From positions 50,034,001-50,098,000 of the forward strand of contig OZ024743.1 of NCBI GenBank assembly GCA_964016885.1: a stretch of DNA of 64,000 nt, given 5' to 3'. This document shows, one piece after another, positions 53,749-64,000 of this stretch (position 1 is its first letter; every line of letters begins with the position of its first letter). A program made the position numbers and the translations under genes. The DNA is from Eledone cirrhosa (taxonomy: Eukaryota). Under the pieces are notes generated by a model. That model was given only the letters and a program-made list of their open reading frames with translations, did no database searches and was not told the DNA's origin.

Positions 53749-54195
53749 CATAACACAAACTACCAAATGTCATAACCTGATGCAACAGACATCATAACAC
53801 AAACTACCAAATGTCATAACCTGATGCAGCAGACATCATAATGCAAACTACCAAATGTCATAACCTGATGCAGCAGACATCATAACACAAACTACCAAAT
53901 GTCATAACCTGATGCAGCAGACATCATAACACAAACTACCAAATGTCATAACCTGATGCAGCAGACATCATAAAACAAACTACCAAATGCCATAACCTGA
54001 TGGAGCAGACATCATAACACAAACTACCAAATGTCATAACCTGATGCAGCAGACATCATAACACAAACTACCAAATGTCATAACCTGATGGAGCAGACAT
54101 CATAGCACAAACTACCAAATGTCATAACCTGATGCAGCAAACATAAAACAAACTACCAAATGTCATAATCTGATGCAGCAGACATCATAACACAA
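53749..54195. repeat. 44-bp minisatellite, about 10 copies
   Basis: Unit cataacacaaactaccaaatgtcataacctgatgcagcagacat. Confidence 0.95.
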
Positions 54196-54404
54196 ATTGA
54201 TCAGTTTCATCAAGTTGCTTCATTTTAAAATAAATGTTTCTTTCTGCCTCCCCCCCGCCTTCTCTTTCCTTGATGAATTTCTCGTTACATACCCTTTCTA
54301 CTTTTAGTAATGGGGTCGATTTAAACGATTAACTCCTTTCCTCAAATTTCTTACCTTGTGATTCCAAATGTGTTGGGCCCTTTTGGCCAATAAAAAAATA
54401 CTAT

Positions 54405-55432
54405 TATTGTTCGGACCAGATCTCCAGGTGGATAAGAAGTGGGACGAGGTTACGATGAGGTAGCCACTCTCTTCGAGAAATGGGCCGAGAGGAAGCTGTC
54501 CCTGAAAAGTCGGGTGGGGAGGATGGCGAAAGCTGGGCACGTAAATGTGTGCTGGGCCTGTGACATCTCCAGATATTCTGCCTTAACGGTAAATAGGTGT
54601 GATCGCGGTTTGTGAGACAAGCCGCCTTTCCACAGCTCGTCTCTTAGGCTGAGCTGCAGTCCATGGTCAAAACGAGACTGAGACTGGGTGACTGGCATCT
54701 GGAATATTGCCATGCGCTCACTGGCCTCTACAAGGCGGGCAATGCAGTCAGCTGAATTTCCATACTCGAGTTATATAGAGGATTAGTGGTGGGCAAGTGC
54801 AACGACGCACTCGGAGAGGCTCTGGGTATCGATGAAGTCGAACTAACCAGTCTGTTCCGGAGGATCTTCGAGTCGGGGATTATGGATAACTTCCAGAAAT
54901 CTCCCACTTGGCAGTGCTACCGGGGGGCACTGCTGGTTCGAGATAAATCTACAGGCACAGAAGTGCTGTCTGACGAACCTGTCCGAGATGTGCGCAGATC
55001 GACGTTCTGCACGCACTCGTCCAGTGTCCGTGCATTACTGACTTGTGGAGTTATGTCGAACAGCGGTTGTCACGTGTAGAACGGGTCCGGTTATCGGCCG
55101 AGTTCATAGTGAAGATCGCCCTGCCGCCTTCTTTTGGTCAGGAAGTGCAGGAAATTTGACTTTGTATGGTGTCGGTAGCAAAAGAGGTTGTGTGGTGGAC
55201 CAAGTTGAAAGGACTAAAGACAGACACTTTTCTCTTCGACCAATCCTCACGACACTTTCAAATTCCATTGCCCCCCCCCCCCCCCCCCCAATACATTTGC
55301 TAAAAGGTGGGTTAATAGGAATATTGTTTACACATTGATATATGTACCCCCCCCCCCCCCACTGTCTATGTCTCTGTATTGTCCCCTATATGTCGGTCCC
55401 TGTGGCCAATAAATTAAACAGTTATTATTATT
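54405..55432 (+). mobile_element. Heavily degenerate Tx1 LINE 3' part
   Basis: FGPDLQVDKKWDEV, KWAERKLSLK, MDNFQKS.WQCYRGAL, WWTKLKGLKT; tail ggtccctgtggccaataaa..ttattatt. Confidence 0.85.
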
Positions 55433-55446
55433 GATATTATTTGGGA

Positions 55447-55632
55447 AGTGGATTAGCAGTATCGGTAGAGTGTCGGACACCCTGCTTCGCACCATAGAGT
55501 TACGTCCCTTTATGTTCAAATCCCGTCGAGGTTAACTTTACCTTTGATCCTTACGGGGTGGATAAAATAAAGTACCAGTAATGAACTGGGTCATTGCTGG
55601 CGTTGTGCCAAAAGTAGAAACAATTATTATTA
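55447..55632 (+). mobile_element. SINE A
   Basis: Full family match. Confidence 0.85.
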
Positions 55633-55699
55633 TAGTTGTTGTATTTGTTAGTGTTGTCGTTTCATAACAATAACTACGGTGACATAATCAATAATTATA

Positions 55700-56232
55700 T
55701 AGAAGAGAGATAGATAGAGAGAGAGAGAGAGAGTCGGAGAAGGGGGAGAGAGAGAAAGAGAGAGAGAGAGAGTCGGAGAAGGGGGAGACAGAGAAAGAGA
55801 AAGATAGATAGAGAGAGAGTGGGAGAAAGATAGATAGAGAGAGAGATAGAGTGGGAGAAGGTGGAAAGAGATAGATAGAGAGAGAGAGAGAGAGAGTGGG
55901 AGAAGGGGGAGAGAGAGAAAGAGAGAAATAGATAGAGAGAGAGATAGAGAGAGTGGGAGAAGGGGAGAGAGAGAAAGAGAGAAATAGATAGAGAGAGAGA
56001 GTGGGAGAAGGGGGAGAGAGAGAAAGAGATAGATAGATAGAGAGAGAGATAGAGAGATAGAGAGAGTGGGAGAAGGGGAGAGAGAGAAAGAGAGAGATAG
56101 AGAGAGAGAGAGAGAGAGTGGGAGAAGGGGGAGATAAAGAGAGAGATAGATAGATAGATAGTGAGAGAGAGATAGAGAGAGTGGGAGAAGGGGGAGAGAG
56201 AGAAAGAAAGAGATAGATAGAGAGACAGAGAG
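55700..56232. repeat. Purine-rich (GA/GATA) minisatellite with a recurring gagtgggagaaggggg motif
   Basis: Directly visible. Confidence 0.9.
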
Positions 56233-56367
56233 GTTGATTACCTCGCAGTCGCCCCCCCCCCCCCCTCCCTCCGATAACGAAACGATGGAAGGATGTGCTA
56301 TACACAAAATAGATATTTCAAAATCTCTATTACGTGTACATAGTGGGTGGAAGAGAAATCGATAAAT

Positions 56368-58057
<1,690 letters not shown>

Positions 58058-58454
58058 TTGTGGAATCTACCTGTGAAAGTGTGTGTCTGTATGCTAATGG
58101 CGGGGTATAAAGCGGGTAGCGATGCGATGATAATGCCAAAGCTGTGTCACATGACTAGCCTCCTTATCTCGCTTTTGAACAACCATTCAAGCGGAAAGAT
58201 AACATGACTTTGTGCTGCTTCTGCTGCAGTTGCTGCTGCCACCTCTATTGGTAGCAGTAGTTGTCAATAACCACCCGGTTCCCCTTGTTGTTATATACCC
58301 TGCACCACAGTATATACACCGTCACATGACCTATATAACAGACGTTTCTTTTCTATACATGTAACCCTTACACTCACCTACCCCTTTCTTTATATATGTA
58401 AGTTTGTGTGTGGGAGGTGTTTTTTTGTCTTCTCTCTCTCTCTCTCTTTCTCTC

Positions 58455-58615
58455 CGGTAGAGGGTCGGACGCCATGCTTTGAAGTATAGAGTTACCTCCC
58501 TTTATGACCTGAGTTCAAATCCCGTTGTGGTTAACTCTTACGGGGTTAAAATAAAATAAAGAATCAGTAATATACTGGGTAATTGGTGGCCTTGTGCCTA
58601 AAGTAGAAACAATTA
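58455..58615 (+). mobile_element. SINE A (internally deleted)
   Basis: Head and tail match the family. Confidence 0.8.
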
Positions 58616-58638
58616 TATATATATATCTATACACACAC

Positions 58639-58687
<49 letters not shown>

Positions 58688-58837
58688 ATGCAAGAAGCAA
58701 AGAAAATTTCAGTGATACGAAAGATTTCCTGGTGGAAGTTCAGGTAAACTCCGGGTTGATATCCAGTTTCAGAGTGAAAATCCCATTTGACAATCCAACG
58801 AATTTGAGAGGTCCACGTAGGCGTTGATATATATATG

Positions 58838-59146
58838 TATGTAAAAAGTAAACAGAAATAACAACACTACGGTACAGTATATGGAAGGGATATATTAGTT
58901 TAACGCTTGAAATAGCAGGAAGCGAGTCTTAACGTTTCGGACGCTAGTCCTTCATCAGACTAAAGAATGAGAAATCAGAAAAATTGAAGGGACAGGCGGG
59001 GTGGAATCGGAAAAAATGATTTTAGAGAAAAATAACAGGTCCATTCAACGTTAAGACCCTCTTCCTGCTATTTAAAGCGTTAAACTAATATATTCCTTCC
59101 ACATAATGTACCATTTGTGTTGTTATTTCTGTTTACCTTTTACATA
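58838..59146. mobile_element. Fold-back pLTR mini-element with a hammerhead core
   Basis: 58838-58935 versus 59047-59146 inverted; minus strand 58925-58961 reads agt-CTGATGA-a ggac tagc gtcc-GAAACGTTA-agact. Confidence 0.7.
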
Positions 59147-59190
59147 CACACACACACAGACACACACACAGACACATACACAGACACACA

Positions 59191-59287
<97 letters not shown>

Positions 59288-59288
59288 A

Positions 59289-59410
<122 letters not shown>

Positions 59411-59516
59411 TAGATAAAAAACATGAGAAGAAAGAAGAATACTGCGTGGTTGCACATGGGTTACATATGATAAAAATAGTCCTTCGTCAGTCATTTTCCA
59501 ACCATCATTGGTATTT

Positions 59517-59721
59517 CATAACAAAGGAATTGTGGTAAGGAACCAGATGAACCATAACGCACCAAAGTACTCAATACTTAGGGTAGTAGAGTGGGAAATA
59601 TGAAAACGTATGACCCCGACGGCAGAGCTCAAGCCGTTTCGACGGCTATTTCTGTTTATTCTATTAATCCAGAAATAGCTGTCGAAACGGCTTGAGCTCT
59701 GCCGCCGGGGTCATACTTTTT

Positions 59722-59724
<3 letters not shown>
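59517..59724. mobile_element. Fold-back fragment of the PLE5 pLTR
   Basis: Matches 45817-45950, then inverts; hairpin 59610-59720. Confidence 0.85.
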
Positions 59725-59764
<40 letters not shown>

Positions 59765-60254
59765 TTATACGCATGAATATAAAATACGTATAAAACGGAT
59801 GGTCAGAGCCCATTTGCCTGAGGCGCAATCTGATTTCGAAACCGGATTTTATGAAATTATTTAGTCAACTTGATGTCAACCTTTAAAGTGACCAACGGCT
59901 TCATCGTTGTGATGAAAGCAGATGAACTACGGCTTAGTAGCCAGCTTCCGAGTAATGGTTATATGAGGTTTCCAGATTCACCGTTGTCACTTTTTTCCGA
60001 TGAGAATCATAGATATACAGCATCGTATGGATAAACATTGGTGCAATTGTCCTTGGTCCCGAACCTCGGCAATGAGGAAGGAAAGAAACCAGACAAGATG
60101 TAGCCATTCAGAATTCAACGTCTCCTTAAATCGGTATTGTTCTTACACTTTATATTACTTGTTTTACTCTACTTTGCTAAAGTGTTCCACCCGAAACGTC
60201 AGATTCCTTCTTCTATTCGGTGTATATATTTCCGCTGTATAAGCATTATTCTTA

Positions 60255-60445
60255 GGTGGATTGGCAGTATCGGTAGAGGGTCGGACGCCATGCTTTGACG
60301 AATAGAATTACGGTCCTTGCCATTCTGAGTTCAAATCTCGCCGAGGTTAACTTTGCCTTTCATCCTTACGGGGTCGATAAAATAAAGTACCAGTAATGCA
60401 CTGGGTAATTGCTGGCCTTGTGCCAAAAGTAGAAACAGTTATTCT
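60255..60445 (+). mobile_element. SINE A
   Basis: Full family match. Confidence 0.88.
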
Positions 60446-60689
60446 TATTTTTCGGAAAATATTTCGTCAACGTGTTTTCTTTTTTCATATTAGCTTCACT
60501 TTTTGTTTACTCTGTTTTTAACTTTAACTTTTATGTTTTAAATGTTTTCTTCCGTTCTTTTGTGTCACTCTGCCGCACTTTTTGTCTTTTATTTGTGTAT
60601 TTAGTCACTCTGCCCTGTTACTATATTTGATATTTTGGCATGACAGCTCAAGCTGGTTCATTCCTCTACATCCGTTTTAGGGAGATAGG

Positions 60690-61810
60690 TCGATACACAT
60701 CGGATTTTGGCTGATGTAATTTATTACAGGCTAGAAGTTTCTTGATGTTGCTGTCCATTTTCTATATTTCATTAACATTCCTATTTAAGATATTGAAACT
60801 GTAGGCGGCAAATGGGATTGCAAGCGCAGATATTTTAGCAGATTTATGGCGGATAATTTATTCTCTGAGTTGAGCTCAGTTTTCAAGACAACTCGTACTC
60901 TCTGATAGCATTCCTTCCTGATTGTCTCTTTCATGCTGGCATGGTGAATACCTTGATCTTCATTGATGCCTAGATTTCTGTAGTTTTGTTCCTGTTCAAG
61001 CTCCTTAATCATTGTATTCACCTCTATTTCCTTTGGGTTTGTGCTTGTCATTCTGCCTTTTTTTTTTTTATGTTGCTTTGTTCGAACTTTTCCAATCCAA
61101 ACTCCATCCCTACATCATCGCTGAACACCTTAACTGTCTGCAACAGTCCTTTCAATTCGCTGTCATTTTTGGAATACAGTTTCAAGTCATCCATATGAAA
61201 TATGATTTTATTTTTTTGCTGTTTATTTTGTAGCCATATTTTGTTTTGTTAAGCGCTAGAGACAGCAGTGTGAAGGTAATGCAAAATATTAGAGACGAAA
61301 AAAAATCACCTTGAAAAATACCACAGTTAATACTTATGCTGCTGGAATAGTTCAAACGTGGCAACAACATATTTCTATTCTATACAGACATGTTATATTC
61401 CCATCCATATCGTCAATTTGTCTTTCAGCTTCAGCTTGTTCCCTTATGTTTTTGATACTGTCAATTCTCTGTGAAATTTTCCTGGTGACAACATAGTCAA
61501 TATGTTTTGTGATTTCTTTTCTGTCACATATTCATTTCCACCCGTTCCTGATTTTTGTATTCTCAAATCATTTTCAACATTCTTCTTAATTTCATTTAAC
61601 TCGGCATCTGTTAGTCTCTAGTTTCTAAGTATGTCTCTTACATTTGCAAGTTTGTTTTCATCCAAGTTTCATCTCATCTCTTGGTTTCTTTTCCTCCATA
61701 CTCTAAAATTAGTTACTGTATGTTTTGATTCCGATGGTTTTCCCAATGAGTGATAGAATGTGTATATACACTTCTTTATACACTTCTCGAGTCCATTTGA
61801 AACGTTGAGA
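60690..61810 (-). mobile_element. Highly degenerate, internally deleted R4/Dong-like LINE
   Basis: INCGIFQGD..S.LIFCI, (Y)MDDLKLY, EQNYRNLGINE..GIHHASMKETIRKE; related to 4300-4459. Confidence 0.75.
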
Positions 61811-61877
61811 ATGTTGTCTTCCTTGTGGTGCTGAACTTGAACGGATTGTATTAAGATTATTCTTGTTCAAGTGACCA

Positions 61878-62324
61878 TTAACACTTTAACATTTAAACCG
61901 GCTGTATCCGATCAGAACTCTCTCACCTTTTTCTATTCAAACCAGTTGTAACCTGCCACTCATGCCTACATTAATGTAGTTCTCAAAATAAATAACATCA
62001 AAATCTCATAGATTTGATATTATGTGAAATAATTATGTAAGATAAAGTCTTTACTGTGAAAATACAATAGTAAATATAGAATAATTGTTTCTACTTTTGG
62101 CACAAGACCAGCAATTACTTAGTACATTACTGGTACTTTATTTTATCGACCCCGTAAGGATGAAAGGCAAAGTTGACCTCGACAGGATTTGAACTCAGAA
62201 TGGCAAGGGCCGTAACTCTATGCGTCAAAGCATGACGTCCGACCCTCTACCTATACTGCCAATCCACCGCCTTCTCAAGTTTATTCTATAGTAAATATAG
62301 AATAATGTAAATGCTAAAGGGTTA
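61878..62324. mobile_element. TTAA-flanked MITE (piggyBac-like ends) containing a SINE A insertion
   Basis: ttaa-cactttaacattta ... taaatgctaaaggg-ttaa; SINE at 62083-62270 (minus) with TSD atagtaaatatagaataat at 62067-62085 and 62288-62306. Confidence 0.7.
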
Positions 62325-62851
62325 AAGTCCGTATTTGAAGAACTCGTTTCAGATGCAGACTTTTCGACCCTAGGTTGATGGATGATGCGATTTTTTCTCC
62401 GTTGCTCAGTCGGTTTATACGACAGAATAGTCTGGGCGAGGAAAGCAGGCCACTTCCTGACATGGTCAATGGTCTGAAACATACGTTGGACGAAAACATA
62501 TGATTAGCCCTCTGTCTCCTAGCATCAACATACATATAGGCTAAAGTGAACGGGGACAATCGATGATAAGTGATAGTACCACTTCTTATTTTAAAACTTA
62601 GAAATGAATACTTTCTGTTTGGGCGTGTGTGTATATTTGTGTGGGTGACTGATAAGATTTGCCCTAGAAAAGGTTTTACTAACCGATACTTGGGAGATTT
62701 AATGGTGAGAATATAAATATAACAAGCGAGCAAGCCGTAGGACAGTGTGACATTTTCCCAGCCATTATATTATATTCACACACTTTCTACATACATGACA
62801 TCTGACTATTATGTATTCACTCATATGTATATATATATATATACATACATA

Positions 62852-62930
<79 letters not shown>

Positions 62931-62983
62931 TAGTTTTGCGAGGGTTTTTATATGAAATCGTGTGTCGAAACAACCAACCAAAG

Positions 62984-63092
62984 AAAAAGTATGACCCCGA
63001 CGGCAGAGCTCAAGCCGTTTCGACGGCTATTTCTATCCAGAAATAGCCGTTGAAACGGCTTGAGCTCTGCTGTCGGGGTCATACTTTTTCCT
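62984..63092. mobile_element. Second fold-back hairpin from the PLE5 pLTR
   Basis: aaaaagtatgaccccgacggcag..gctatttct atcc agaaatagcc..ggggtcatacttttt. Confidence 0.85.
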
Positions 63093-63434
63093 ATATATAT
63101 ATATATACACACATGCATATATATATATATATATGGAATAGATGGAAACGAAATTTCATTTCTCACTCTTAGTACGGCACTTACTTAAATGTAAGTATGT
63201 ATGTATGTATACGTTCATACATATATGTATACAGACGTACAGTAGTATGTACATATATACATACATGCACACATATATACATGCACGTATCGGTTTACCG
63301 AACATTTATTATAATGCTCGGTTTGTTTGTTTGTAAACAAACAAACAGCCCGAATTACGCCGTACAGTGTTTAGGCAACCACGTCACCTTTTTGTTCAAC
63401 ACTGACACAGGAGCGCTGTACACACACACCCCCC

Positions 63435-63487
<53 letters not shown>

Positions 63488-63607
63488 TTTGTTCATTGGT
63501 TTTCTCAACCATGTGCCTTCTTTTTTTCGGTTTTTCCACTTTTTTATTTATTCTGTTTCAAACACCTCACATTTTAACTGCTTATTCCTTTGTCCTGTTG
63601 TTTCGTC

Positions 63608-63670
<63 letters not shown>

Positions 63671-63683
63671 ACACCCACACCCA

Positions 63684-63784
<101 letters not shown>

Positions 63785-64000
63785 TAAAGTATGTCCATAG
63801 AATCATTTGATAAAATATATACACCATTTCCTCTCCCAATTAGCATAATTAACCATATAAAAAATCAATTAGACCAGGCTATAAGAATAAAGGCTCATAT
63901 GAAGAATTATTGGATAAATAAACGACAGCAGCCTCTTCGCAACCGATCACAATAGAATATTTACCCAACATTTCAACATGTAGAAATCGACTAAATATAT
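63785..64000. repeat. Unclassified (TA)-anchored dispersed repeat, inverse homolog of 48750-48975
   Basis: Shared gattatgctgattgggaggagaaat..tatatattttatcaaatgatt block. Confidence 0.6.

Noticed and set aside
53749-54195. CRISPR-like or ribozyme array (contains ctgatg)
   Set aside because: No spacers and no CUGANGA/GAAA core; a plain tandem repeat in eukaryotic DNA.
59795-60060. Possible RTE reverse transcriptase relic (HLPEAQSDF, IDIQHRMD)
   Set aside because: Too degenerate to support without an alignment.

Overview
Eukaryotic, gene-poor, repeat-saturated genomic DNA. The SINE families and microsatellite density look like an octopus or other coleoid cephalopod (inference). I found no host protein-coding exon that I can support. 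The window contains: (1) a near full-length L1/Tx1-clade LINE (4479-10340) plus several truncated relatives; (2) fragments of R4/Dong-like restriction-endonuclease LINEs, two of them sitting in (AAT)n tracts; (3) at least five Penelope-like elements (PLEs, RT plus GIY-YIG), mostly Naiad-like YRDD types and one Neptune/Poseidon-like YLDD type; (4) about a dozen tRNA-type SINEs, a mariner remnant, a TTAA MITE, and many mini- and microsatellites. The strongest signal missing from the ORF track is a dense set of type I hammerhead ribozyme motifs that I folded by eye: about 15 copies from about 8 sequence families. They include U3:A8 core variants and versions with ~100-nt stem II arms. Most lie in fold-back (inverted) PLE termini anchored in (TA)n tracts. 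PLE hammerheads are a known class, so the candidate novelty is the variants, their density, and the recurrent fold-back mini-elements. A second candidate is a SINE whose 3' tail matches the Tx1 LINE tail.
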